A stretch of DNA of 64,000 nucleotides, from the IMG/VR virus record IMGVR_UViG_3300035688_001178. One strand, written 5' to 3'. Shown here piece by piece: positions 46,218-55,515 of the stretch (position 1 is the first letter of the stretch; each line of letters begins with the position of its first letter). The position numbers were made by a program, and so were the translations under genes. Source of the DNA: an uncultured virus (IMG/VR IMGVR_UViG_3300035688_001178) (taxonomy: Duplodnaviria; Heunggongvirae; Uroviricota; Caudoviricetes). The notes beneath the pieces are model-generated. The model worked only from the letters and a program-made list of their open reading frames with translations. It searched no databases and was not told the origin of the DNA.

Positions 46218-46804
46218 TTAAAGTTGCTTGCGTTTTACTGTCATTAAACGAAGAACCGCGCATGCATGCAGCTCTAAGCCAGTTCAAGCCCTACGTCACG
46301 TACATACTTGTCTTGGACGGAGAAAGTACCGATAGGACAGTTGAGTTGGCGCGTCGAATAGCTGACAGAGTGGAAGTCCACAAGTTTTCAGGCAGCTTTG
46401 CAGAAGAGAAGAACTATGCACGAACGCTAGTGCCGAAAGAGTGCAGCTGGATCCTGTGGGCCGACGTTGACGAAGTATGGGATGAAGGCTTCTTGGTAAA
46501 CCTTCAGTGCACGCTTGAACACGCAGAAAAAGACAGTGTCGCATGTTTCCGTTTCGCCAGAGTCAACCTTCCAGGCGGAATTAACTATCCTGACTACCAA
46601 GCCAGGCTCTTCCTCAATAGTAGAGACATACTTTGGAAGGGAGACCTCCACGAGATTCCTTATCTCATAAAGGAAAATATTCCCTTGGACCGTGCAGACG
46701 ATGAGAAGAGACAAACGAAATTAGGAGTCTGCACGGTTAGCGCGTATCCCATAATACACCTTCAGCGTAGGAAGGACCTCAAGAGGATATGGTGGAAAAC
46801 ATGA
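46214..46804 (+). CDS. glycosyltransferase family 2
   Basis: NEE, LDGESTDRT, WILWADVDE, PDYQARL. Confidence 0.88.
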   Translation: MIKVACVLLSLNEEPRMHAALSQFKPYVTYILVLDGESTDRTVELARRIADRVEVHKFSGSFAEEKNYARTLVPKECSWILWADVDEVWDEGFLVNLQCTLEHAEKDSVACFRFARVNLPGGINYPDYQARLFLNSRDILWKGDLHEIPYLIKENIPLDRADDEKRQTKLGVCTVSAYPIIHLQRRKDLKRIWWKT

Positions 46805-48090
46805 TAGTTGGTTGTATTGGAGTTTATGGAGAAAGGGTTGAACAAGCCTTAGTCGGAATAAACCGACTCAGACCCTACGTAGATAGATATGTCGTCATTG
46901 TTGACGAATCAGTCACAGAAGAACAAAGAAAGAAACTCGCTGACGCCGGGTGTGAAGTCTATTTCCATCCATGGGAAGACAGCATGGTCAAAATGCGTAA
47001 CCATTACGTGGAGAAAGTACAAACAGATGATTGGGTTATTGTGCATGACCCGGACGAATGGTTCAACGAAGATTTCTGTAACGATGTGCGCAAGATCATT
47101 GCACGTGTAGAAACGTCGCCGATAGATGTTGTTCTGATTAACAGTCATGACACGTTCACTGGAGCTGATGGAAAAACGTCGACGAATGTTAGCGACTTCT
47201 TTAAGAACCTCGTCTTTCGAAAGCGGGTGGACACTCACTACGAAGGCGTTGGACAGGTGAAAGAGGTGCACGAAACTCTCATCATGCCGGGAATGCAACA
47301 GCAAGCAAAAATAGATAAAAAATACTGGTATGAACATGTCAAATACTGGTGGGAAGTCTGGGAGCGTGCAGCAAGAAACGTATTCTTGGGGGGCGGAGGA
47401 AACAACGTTGGCGAAAGGAACCCTTCATGGCTACCATTACGTAAGGCTTGTGACGATTTAGGATTGAAAAATTGGCCGCAAGCAAGAGAGTACTTCAGAA
47501 AAGGCGGGGTCCACAAGTGTTTGAAAGAATGGTTGTGGGCCGTCCGCTTTGAAGGTTTCGATTTTCACCATGAAATGCTTGAATTCGGCAGATGGTACTT
47601 CGAGTACTTGCATCCTGAGGAAGCCGAAGGCTGGGCCGCGGTTACAGAACTCGCGCCAGGCAGTCCCCCTGAAGTAATGCGGTATGTTGAGGAATGCTAC
47701 ATGAAAGTTCTTGGCAGACATGCAGATCAGCCGGGGAAGGAAATGTATACGGCAGCCATTGTCCAGGGTAAATTGAAGAGGGAAGACTTGCCTGAACTCC
47801 TCAAACAGAGCCCTGAATACAAGGAGAAAGAAGCAGGCCCAACAGAAAATGTGAAGTTGCAAGTGCCTGTCGACGTAAATATTCGAGTAACAGAAGCTAT
47901 AATAATCGAGGCACTAGGCCGAAGCAAAACATGGGCCACAATGATCAAGCCCAGACTTGACGTAGGAATATTTTTAGAACTTGCGTTAGGCCCTGAGAAA
48001 TGGAATGAATTCCTCGCATGGTTCTACAAAAACCAGCCTAGCCCTCAAGAAGTACTGGCAGAACTGAAGAGGATGCTCAAATGTCAATAG
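46789..48090 (+). CDS. GT2-like glycosyltransferase with C-terminal DUF4214-like domain
   Basis: WVIVHDPDE, VHE; Y..VLGRHAD..G..SPEY. Confidence 0.75.
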   Translation: MVENMIVGCIGVYGERVEQALVGINRLRPYVDRYVVIVDESVTEEQRKKLADAGCEVYFHPWEDSMVKMRNHYVEKVQTDDWVIVHDPDEWFNEDFCNDVRKIIARVETSPIDVVLINSHDTFTGADGKTSTNVSDFFKNLVFRKRVDTHYEGVGQVKEVHETLIMPGMQQQAKIDKKYWYEHVKYWWEVWERAARNVFLGGGGNNVGERNPSWLPLRKACDDLGLKNWPQAREYFRKGGVHKCLKEWLWAVRFEGFDFHHEMLEFGRWYFEYLHPEEAEGWAAVTELAPGSPPEVMRYVEECYMKVLGRHADQPGKEMYTAAIVQGKLKREDLPELLKQSPEYKEKEAGPTENVKLQVPVDVNIRVTEAIIIEALGRSKTWATMIKPRLDVGIFLELALGPEKWNEFLAWFYKNQPSPQEVLAELKRMLKCQ

Positions 48091-50390
48091 GTTGGGTTTC
48101 GGCTTCTCCTGTTGCCCGGACTGGTTATGGCCGAGAAACGAAAGAGGTGGGGTATAGAATTGTGGACTGTGGAAGAGACGTTGTTTTCATTGGCACTTTT
48201 GGCGACGTCATCATTTGGGGTGGAGTGACAGAGCAGTACACGCCAAAAGGTAAGAAAATCACCATATTATCCCTCACGAGCCCCAGCTCCGCGGCAGCCG
48301 TCATTAATGAATACGTCGACAAATACGACCTGAAAATGATAGTGGGGTTTATGGACTGTTTTGGACTGGATTACCTGAACGACGTGAAAGTACCAGTCAT
48401 AGGTTACATACCTATCGACGGCTCCTTCACTCAGGAAATGAGCCACTTCATGCGGAACTATCATAAAATCGTTGCCTATAGCAAATTTGGCTACGAAGAA
48501 CTCAAAAAACATTATCCTCCAAGCCAAATAGGACTGATCGACCATGCTGTTGATGTAGACACTTTCAAACCGTTAACCACTAAAGAATATGACGATGTCC
48601 GAGAATGGTTCCTGAAAGAGCATGGTGTACCTAAAGACGCTTTTCTGGCAGTGGACATGGGAGCCAATGTTGGACCTCGAAAACTGTTACCGTTGGAAAT
48701 GGCGACCTTCAGCAAATTTGCCAAGAAACACCCCGATGCACATCTGTATCTACAAACTAATGCTTACGGTCCGCCGAGAGGGTATAACCTCATATCACAC
48801 CGAAGCGTCCTAGGCATGGAGAACAACATTCATTTTGCAAAGCTTGACCCAATAGTGTTTCCTGCTGAAGACGAGGAGTTGAGACGCATATTCGGGGGAG
48901 CTCAGGTTTTTCTTCATAATGCCGTTGCTGAAGGTTGCGGCTTGCCGCAGCGGGAAGCGATGGCATGCGGCACGCCCCCCATAGCACCACGCAACTGTTA
49001 CATTGAAGACACCGAGGTTTTAGCACCAACAGGAATAAAAAAATATTCTGAATTCGAAGAAGGCGACCTAGTGTGGTCCTTGAATTTGGATACAAATAAA
49101 TTGGAAGCAAAACCCATTCTCAAGAAATTTGAGGAAGATTATGAGGGCGATATTATTCACTATACAGGAGCAAAATATGATCTCGGAGTTACTCCTGAGC
49201 ATACGATGATTACGGCTCCAAGACATCATAAGGCATCATGGACGTTCGAGAAGGCTTTGGAAACAATGTCAAAAGGCAGAGCACCTTACCCAGGAGGACA
49301 CAGCCAATTTTGGATACCGTTAGTTGCGTCTTTCGATGGCAAACTAGAGAATCGGATAAGAATTTCCGAGTTCTTTGACCAAAAAACGCTGCGTTACGAT
49401 TGTAATCGACTGCCTGAAGAGATAGAGTTAGGAGACCTACTTGAATTGTGCGGATGGTATATTGGAGATGGCTCAGTCAGTTATGACCATCGATGCAAAA
49501 CCTCAATGGTCACCTCAATTTGGGAACCAAAAAATGGAAAACATAGAAAAGAACTCGAGACCTTACTTGAACAATTGAACATAAAACATTGTAAACTTGA
49601 GGATAAAGTCACTTTTCAATACTATGCGTTCAAACCTTTGTGGGATCAGATAGGACACAAAGCAAACGTCAAAAGAATCCCGTGTTGGATGTTGGCTTTT
49701 CATGTCTCTTTGTTGAAAAGACTGTTTAAAGGCATCATGAATGCCGATGGAAGTAATCCGGAAGTTTCTAATAGTGATTGTTTAAGAACAGCATCAAAAA
49801 ATCTCAGAGATACCTTTATGGAATTGTGTATGAAATTGGGATATTCAGCAAGCTACAGACCCTATGAATCTAGCATGCATATAATTGAGGAAGGAAGGAC
49901 CATAAAGTCATCGCGAGGCTTTGACATAAATGTGTCAACAGTAAAAGTATGTGGTTCTGTCCGTTCCAGGAATAAGAAGATGGAACACTATCAAGGAAAG
50001 ATTTGGTGTTTTGAAGTGGAAAACAACCACAACCTGTTGGTGGGACGGAATGGAAAGTTTTGTTTCAGTGGAAATAGTGCACAAACAGAGCAGACCGAGG
50101 GACTAGGCTGGGTTGTTGAGAACATTGACTTGGAGGATTATGTTGAATATCCCGTTTATGTTCCGACGTTGCAGACGTATCCAGTGCCAAGTCAAAAGAG
50201 CATGCTGGAAAAACTGGAGGAAGCATATCAAAACCCCGATATGGTTGAGGCATACGGTCGACGCTCGAGACGATTCATAGTCAAGAATTACTCGTACAAG
50301 AGAATTATTCCTAAATGGCTGAGTCTCCTCAGCGAAGTTGACCATGACATAGAAGTATTGCAAACGATGCGTGATAGTTTTCAAGCGTAA
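48081..50390 (+). CDS. glycosyltransferase family 4 containing an intein
   Basis: TGYG, HAVDVDTFKP, EGCGLPQREAMACGTP. Confidence 0.9.
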   Translation: MSIGWVSASPVARTGYGRETKEVGYRIVDCGRDVVFIGTFGDVIIWGGVTEQYTPKGKKITILSLTSPSSAAAVINEYVDKYDLKMIVGFMDCFGLDYLNDVKVPVIGYIPIDGSFTQEMSHFMRNYHKIVAYSKFGYEELKKHYPPSQIGLIDHAVDVDTFKPLTTKEYDDVREWFLKEHGVPKDAFLAVDMGANVGPRKLLPLEMATFSKFAKKHPDAHLYLQTNAYGPPRGYNLISHRSVLGMENNIHFAKLDPIVFPAEDEELRRIFGGAQVFLHNAVAEGCGLPQREAMACGTPPIAPRNCYIEDTEVLAPTGIKKYSEFEEGDLVWSLNLDTNKLEAKPILKKFEEDYEGDIIHYTGAKYDLGVTPEHTMITAPRHHKASWTFEKALETMSKGRAPYPGGHSQFWIPLVASFDGKLENRIRISEFFDQKTLRYDCNRLPEEIELGDLLELCGWYIGDGSVSYDHRCKTSMVTSIWEPKNGKHRKELETLLEQLNIKHCKLEDKVTFQYYAFKPLWDQIGHKANVKRIPCWMLAFHVSLLKRLFKGIMNADGSNPEVSNSDCLRTASKNLRDTFMELCMKLGYSASYRPYESSMHIIEEGRTIKSSRGFDINVSTVKVCGSVRSRNKKMEHYQGKIWCFEVENNHNLLVGRNGKFCFSGNSAQTEQTEGLGWVVENIDLEDYVEYPVYVPTLQTYPVPSQKSMLEKLEEAYQNPDMVEAYGRRSRRFIVKNYSYKRIIPKWLSLLSEVDHDIEVLQTMRDSFQA
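48996..50075 (+). mobile_element. 360-aa intein with LAGLIDADG endonuclease
   Basis: Starts CYIEDTEV, block B VTPEH, LCGWYIGDG and GIMNADG, ends FSGN followed by Ser. Confidence 0.92.
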
Positions 50391-50420
50391 AAACAAAGAA
50401 AAAAGGGAAGTTTAGGTTCT

Positions 50421-50717
50421 TTATCTTCTTGTTGGTGTTGGTGCTGGTGCTGGTATCCAATCTTTCAGTTTCGGAAACATTGTCGTTAATCTGTCTCTGA
50501 TGCCGAAATTGGGCAAGTTCGTCAGCAATCCGCCGCCTAGTCCTTGGGCATAAGGCACTATTGGGGGGGCTCCGAACCCGCGAGCTAAGCGGTCTCTGGC
50601 AACTCGAACGGCGTCTTTGTCGACTGCAACTAAGTCAGGGTCGTATTCTTGTCTGTCAAAGCCTGCAATGTGAAGGTTTGAGAGTATTCTTTTTCTTTTG
50701 TAACTCATCCATTTCAC
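50421..50717 (-). CDS. hypothetical protein
   Basis: ORF followed by oligo-T terminator. Confidence 0.6.
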   Translation of the reverse strand: MKWMSYKRKRILSNLHIAGFDRQEYDPDLVAVDKDAVRVARDRLARGFGAPPIVPYAQGLGGGLLTNLPNFGIRDRLTTMFPKLKDWIPAPAPTPTRR

Positions 50718-50720
50718 CCT

Positions 50721-51014
50721 CTAAAATCCTATTGCGAGAACTTCTGCGGTTAGCGTTGTTCCGGCTGTGGGGGTTAAGTATAGACTGATGCCCACCGTGT
50801 TATTTAAGTAGGTCTTGTTCTGCATGAGGCCAGCGCTCGTGATCCATGTCTTTGGACTGGTTGTTACTTCAATATGCAGTATCTGTTCGGCTATCCTAAG
50901 CTCCGGAAAGGTTACAATAAAGTATAGTGCGTTTGCTCCGGCTGGGATTACTCGAATGACGGTGCTTTTGACTATTGTTCGACCATCACGATGCAATGTT
51001 GCTACTATGGGCAT
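50721..51014 (-). CDS. small virion-domain paralogue 3 (divergent)
   Basis: PELRIAEQILHIE..NTVGISLY..EVLAIG. Confidence 0.7.
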   Translation of the reverse strand: MPIVATLHRDGRTIVKSTVIRVIPAGANALYFIVTFPELRIAEQILHIEVTTSPKTWITSAGLMQNKTYLNNTVGISLYLTPTAGTTLTAEVLAIGF

Positions 51015-51029
51015 CCCGCATCCTCCTGC

Positions 51030-51380
51030 CTATGGGGGTCCTACGGCGACTACGTCTACGCAGACTTGGCATACTGTTAGTGTAGCGTGTGCTTGGTAGA
51101 GTGACATTCCAACGACGTTGCCCACTATTTTCTTGTTTATAGGCCCCATGAGATCTAATGGGTCTGGAACAATCTGCACCTGTATGTGCAGTATGTTTTC
51201 GATGTACTTCAAGTCGGGCAGACGAATGTTGAATGCGTTCCACACGCCTTGGGGCGTGACGTTGTTGACTGTCGTGCAAAGGCGACTTTTTGCGACGACC
51301 CTCATGTCTTCGGTTATGAAGACGATTTCGTGAGAGTCGTATAGAGCTCCTTGAATGCCTCTATCTCCACCGATTGGCAA
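51030..51380 (-). CDS. small virion-domain paralogue 2
   Basis: Highly similar to 51398 ORF. Confidence 0.8.
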   Translation of the reverse strand: MPIGGDRGIQGALYDSHEIVFITEDMRVVAKSRLCTTVNNVTPQGVWNAFNIRLPDLKYIENILHIQVQIVPDPLDLMGPINKKIVGNVVGMSLYQAHATLTVCQVCVDVVAVGPP

Positions 51381-51397
51381 TGGCAGTCAACACTCCT

Positions 51398-51718
51398 CTA
51401 TGGGGGTCCTACGGCGATGACGTCTACGCAGACTGTTATGCCTGAGACTTGGTAGATCGACATTCCAACGACGTTGCCCTCTATTCTCTTCCAGAAAGGT
51501 CCAACGAGATATGTTGGGTCTGGATGAATTTCAAACTGTACGTGCAGTATGTTCTCGATGTACTTCAAGTCGGGCAGACGAACGTTGATCCCCACTGCAT
51601 CAGCGCGGTTATAAACGCAGAGGCGGCTTTTTGCGACGACCCTCATGTCCTCAGTTATGAAGACGATTTCGTGGCTGTCGTATAGTGCTCCGGCTAGTCC
51701 TCTATCTCCGCCTGGCAA
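51398..51718 (-). CDS. small virion-domain paralogue 1
   Basis: GALYDSHEIVFITEDMRVVAKSRLC shared with 51030. Confidence 0.8.
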   Translation of the reverse strand: MPGGDRGLAGALYDSHEIVFITEDMRVVAKSRLCVYNRADAVGINVRLPDLKYIENILHVQFEIHPDPTYLVGPFWKRIEGNVVGMSIYQVSGITVCVDVIAVGPP

Positions 51719-51733
51719 GTCCTGTCAGTCTCC

Positions 51734-52543
51734 TTACGTGGTGTGCACTACTTCGTAGCGGGTTCCAGGCAGTAGTCGACCTACACCTGTTACTGGGTCA
51801 AGTAGCCTTAGAGCTGGTTCTTTGATGTAGCTTACTCCGACTAGACGTGGGAAGTCCGTTTGCAGTGCGCTTGGTGCGCCGAAGGCGCCGCTTATCATGA
51901 GTAGCGCCAGAACTGTGGTGTCTTGTTTGAACACGTATGCGTTGTCGAGCTCTTTGACTGCGTGTGGAGCTCCTGGAAGGGTTCTTGGCTGCCAGAACGT
52001 GGTTAGTTTTGGCTTCTGTTTCCCGTCGATGATGAACTGGAAGGCTTCGATGCGTGGGCTGTCGTGTGTTGATTCAATTCCGAAGACGACGTGGACGGCG
52101 TTCTGACCGATTCTGATGGCGTTTGGTAGTAATCCACCCATCAGTAGAGTCGCGCTGTGGATCCAAGGTTGCGGTGCTCCCGTGGTCCATGCGTTTTGAG
52201 CTCCCGCGTAGATGCTGTTTAGGTCTTCCCAGTCGTCGCCGATGCCAAGGTGTGCTGCTTCGATCGGAAGAGGCCCACCGACCTTGTTGCTTGCCGGCTG
52301 TTCATCGTCGATTTCAGCGTCCATCTGTTCTTTCGCTATCATTGCACCTAAGAGTGCTTCAGCCTCATGTCGCCTGTATATGTCGCGTACTTCTCTTTCA
52401 GGGTAGACCGTCAGGAATTGTCTGTCGTATGATCTGCCGAAACGTGTAAGTTCCTTTTCAGTCAGGTCTCGCGTGGTTACTCCGAGGTCGCTTGCTAGCA
52501 TTCTTGCGTCCTGCATCATTTGAGATAGTTCTGCTAAGTTCAT
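51734..52543 (-). CDS. candidate single-jelly-roll major capsid protein B
   Basis: Helical N-terminus then VVFGI..PRI..FQF..G..AYVF..TV..DFPRLVGV strand pattern; strong SD, own promoter. Confidence 0.45.
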   Translation of the reverse strand: MNLAELSQMMQDARMLASDLGVTTRDLTEKELTRFGRSYDRQFLTVYPEREVRDIYRRHEAEALLGAMIAKEQMDAEIDDEQPASNKVGGPLPIEAAHLGIGDDWEDLNSIYAGAQNAWTTGAPQPWIHSATLLMGGLLPNAIRIGQNAVHVVFGIESTHDSPRIEAFQFIIDGKQKPKLTTFWQPRTLPGAPHAVKELDNAYVFKQDTTVLALLMISGAFGAPSALQTDFPRLVGVSYIKEPALRLLDPVTGVGRLLPGTRYEVVHTT

Positions 52544-52656
52544 TTCAACTTCTCCTATGTTCGTAGAAAAAGAGTGTGAATGTTCCTTTATAAGAGTTGG
52601 TGATACGCGGTAATACTTATATGCGGAAAGGTCAATTATAAAAAGGGAATTCTATT

Positions 52657-53223
52657 TTGCCTCGACTGTTGCTGAAGGAGAAAGCACGAGAATTGGCAAA
52701 AAACTATTCTCCAGAAGCACTGCATGAAGATTACCAGGTTCAGCTTGAAGGAGAAGCAGTTAAGATTGACATTGTTGCATTTCAAGGAAAAAGGAAAATC
52801 GCTTTCCACTCATCTGAGATCAGCGTAGAGAAAGCCATACAGTTATGCCAGATATTTGATGAAGTGTGGATGATTGACCCTTCAGGAGCATTTTGCCTAA
52901 CAGCGTTGAAGGACACAATTCGATTTAATTACGATAAGCTTGTTGGCGAGTACATTGACCTTGCAAAAGAGTTCAGAGAACTTCAACAGATTGTGAAGAA
53001 GCAGGGGAAAAGTAAAGACTTGAGAAAGAGAGAAGTTCTGCAGATTCGCTGTAGAAAAGCTATCGAAGACGACTTCAAAAGATTCTGCTTGGAAAACAAA
53101 TTTGAGTATGAAAGGGCGATAGAAATGTTGCTCATGGTTGCAGGAAGCAAAGACGTGTTTGAAAGAAAACTGCTTGAGATGAAACTATCAAAGAGACCAG
53201 ATATCGCGGTTATTCTGAAGTGA
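52657..53223 (+). CDS. nuclease-fold plus coiled-coil/RHH-like protein
   Basis: KIDIVA..FDEVW. Confidence 0.55.
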   Translation: MPRLLLKEKARELAKNYSPEALHEDYQVQLEGEAVKIDIVAFQGKRKIAFHSSEISVEKAIQLCQIFDEVWMIDPSGAFCLTALKDTIRFNYDKLVGEYIDLAKEFRELQQIVKKQGKSKDLRKREVLQIRCRKAIEDDFKRFCLENKFEYERAIEMLLMVAGSKDVFERKLLEMKLSKRPDIAVILK

Positions 53224-53224
53224 C

Positions 53225-53431
53225 CTAAGCCAGCAGATTGTCTCGGAGACCTTTTCGCCGTTGAAACAGTGACTTTTGGCCCTGCACAAACCTTTCAATG
53301 ATGTCGGGACGATGTTTTTCTAATGGCGTAAAAGATTCGGCTACAGCATTTGAGATTTCCACTATAGTATCACAGGCTAGAGCCAGCCTGTCTCCGACAA
53401 AGTTGTTGGCCTTACGCAACAGATCAGGCAA
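53225..53431 (-). CDS. hypothetical protein
   Basis: Operon ORF. Confidence 0.6.
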   Translation of the reverse strand: MPDLLRKANNFVGDRLALACDTIVEISNAVAESFTPLEKHRPDIIERFVQGQKSLFQRRKGLRDNLLA

Positions 53432-53443
53432 TGGTTAACCCCT

Positions 53444-53896
53444 CTACATGACGACAGCTAGTCCGTGTACAGTGCGGCTCGGTCCACTTCCAAGGCCCAT
53501 TGCAGAAGGCAGATTAGCTATTTGTCTCGCCCGGTCCCAGCTAGCAGGTCGTTCATATGCCGAAGGAATGTTACGGTTTACAGGTGAGATGGCTGGATAC
53601 GCGATTGAGCCTAAAAGTCTTTTTCCCTTCATTAAGTCGGTCAGCTTTGGCCTATTGGCCAACTGTGGAAACATGTCGATCGTAAGGCGTGCAGGCAGCT
53701 GTGAAGGTCCCGTTAAATGTGATTGCCCGAAGAACCTTTGTGCCAGATGAACAGGAGTTTCTCCGCCAATCATGGCCATTGCTTGCTGTCCGATCTTGGT
53801 AGTACGTACTAGTTCCAGAGGTCGAGTCTTAAGGCCTAAAACCTTTGGAAAGTTTGTTCCCTCTTCAATTATTGCTCGTAAAGACATGCCTATCAC
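53444..53896 (-). CDS. basic Pro-rich hypothetical protein
   Basis: ORF. Confidence 0.6.
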   Translation of the reverse strand: MIGMSLRAIIEEGTNFPKVLGLKTRPLELVRTTKIGQQAMAMIGGETPVHLAQRFFGQSHLTGPSQLPARLTIDMFPQLANRPKLTDLMKGKRLLGSIAYPAISPVNRNIPSAYERPASWDRARQIANLPSAMGLGSGPSRTVHGLAVVM

Positions 53897-53921
53897 ACTA
53901 TGTATTAGACGATGTGCTTAT

Positions 53922-54377
53922 TTAAAAGTTTCCAGCCTGTACAAAAGGAGAGAGAACGTAGTGTTCCACGCGGCCCTTGAACTTGTCGCTGTGCACCTCT
54001 GGGTAGTCCTTGCTGTGTTCTACCTGGGTGTAGCTTACCTGCCTAGTAAATTGCTGTTTCAAAAGGGGAAAAATAGAGATCGTGTGGTTTTTCCTCATGA
54101 TTGCTCTGGTCAGGATTTCAGCGCCAAGTTCGCCAACACCTAGAGTATGTATTGCTTCGTGTATCGGAGTTGTATCGTCAGCGTGTCGACCGAGGAAGAT
54201 GGCGTCATGTTTGGTTTTAGGCTGCAGTCCCCTGTAAAGGGTTCCACTTGCATCAGATACGGCTTCATCCGTTATAAAAACGTGTTTCGGGACTCTAAGA
54301 AAGTGGCATAATCCAAGCAGCTCAGAAACCTCGTTGATGTCCAAAGAGAAGGCCTTATTGAGCGATGGATAGTCCAA
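53922..54377 (-). CDS. HExxH zincin-like protein
   Basis: PIHEAIHTLG..E. Confidence 0.6.
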   Translation of the reverse strand: MDYPSLNKAFSLDINEVSELLGLCHFLRVPKHVFITDEAVSDASGTLYRGLQPKTKHDAIFLGRHADDTTPIHEAIHTLGVGELGAEILTRAIMRKNHTISIFPLLKQQFTRQVSYTQVEHSKDYPEVHSDKFKGRVEHYVLSPFVQAGNF

Positions 54378-54711
54378 ATCTTCTTGTCGGGTCTACTTCT
54401 TCGGAAACAGCTGCTCCCGAAGGACTCACCCGTGTCGGTCCTCTGTCAACTATGGCTGGACTGAGAGGCGTGCCTGTTCTCCTCAATATGGCACCTGGAG
54501 AGGTTGCCTGTGGTCGACGCAGTATTTTTCTACCGGATAGAATTCCGCCTAAGCGCCCTTGCGTTGGACTAATGATTGGTGATGGCGGCAAAATCCCTGG
54601 AGGCGTGAATGGAAGGTTTGTTTTCAACTCTGCTATGCGAGCCCTTATCTGCACTACTTTGTCTTGGATTTGTTTCTGAATATCGCCGAGTGCAGGTGGA
54701 GTTGTAGACAA
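54355..54711 (-). CDS. Pro/Arg-rich hypothetical protein
   Basis: ORF with GGAG SD. Confidence 0.6.
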   Translation of the reverse strand: MSTTPPALGDIQKQIQDKVVQIRARIAELKTNLPFTPPGILPPSPIISPTQGRLGGILSGRKILRRPQATSPGAILRRTGTPLSPAIVDRGPTRVSPSGAAVSEEVDPTRRFGLSIAQ

Positions 54712-54723
54712 CTGAGAAGTCTC

Positions 54724-54948
54724 CTATCTTACTTGACTGACCCATCTGCGCGTGATAGTGGCTTGCTCATTGATGAAACTGAGAACGCCTCTTCCCAGAT
54801 AAGAGCCACCTTGCATGAGGGCTTGTACTGGCTTCAGTTCAGTAAGATTGTCCATGAAGACTTTGGCACCTGCAACAGCGTTATCAGGGATCACTTTGAC
54901 GGCATCAACACGTGCTGCCAAATTGCTTTTTACATTTTCGCCTGGCAA
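54724..54948 (-). CDS. hypothetical protein
   Basis: AGGTG SD. Confidence 0.6.
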   Translation of the reverse strand: MPGENVKSNLAARVDAVKVIPDNAVAGAKVFMDNLTELKPVQALMQGGSYLGRGVLSFINEQATITRRWVSQVR

Positions 54949-55003
54949 ACGTTTTCACCTTAAAGTAACTATGTTAGCTGAGAATATAAATCTTTTACTC
55001 TGT

Positions 55004-55222
55004 TTAGACGGGAACGGTTGTCGTGACGCAGACTAACGCCCAGTAGACCTTGCGAATGGGCCCTAAACAGGTTATTGCTCTCGAGCAGCTCCATGTTTTG
55101 ACGATTCCCCATCGAAGCCATGGGCCCAGTTCAGGCGTATATCCTGCAACTTCTAGAACTTGTTCACGTGTGGCGCCAGCCAGTTCCATTACTTTGGCGA
55201 TTTGGCCTTCGGTTAGCTTCAA
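55004..55222 (-). CDS. hypothetical protein
   Basis: GAGG SD. Confidence 0.55.
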   Translation of the reverse strand: MKLTEGQIAKVMELAGATREQVLEVAGYTPELGPWLRWGIVKTWSCSRAITCLGPIRKVYWALVCVTTTVPV

Positions 55223-55265
55223 TTCGAATCCTCAGTAGCAATTGAGCAGTTTTTGCTATTTAAGT

Positions 55266-55451
55266 CTATTTTCTTTTTGAACGCAGAGTCTTAAGAATAG
55301 GCTCTCGGAGCACCATGGTTTGTCTTTGAGTAATTTTCTCAAATATTGGTCTTGGCGCTGCTTGTGTCAGGTTTGTCACTACGCCCTTGATTTCCCCTCG
55401 TATGCCTTCCATTCTTTCACGCATTTTTTCAGAAGATTCTTTCAGAGGCAC
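55266..55451 (-). CDS. small basic protein
   Basis: GGTGA SD. Confidence 0.55.
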   Translation of the reverse strand: MPLKESSEKMRERMEGIRGEIKGVVTNLTQAAPRPIFEKITQRQTMVLREPILKTLRSKRK

Positions 55452-55515
55452 ATTCTCACCATAACTTTAATAAAACGAACAAGTAATTAAGCTTGTACTT
55501 TCAAGAGGGGATATT

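Noticed and set aside
18590..51580. Diversity-generating retroelement TR/VR pair
   Set aside because: No reverse transcriptase in window; both copies are coding and differences are not adenine-specific
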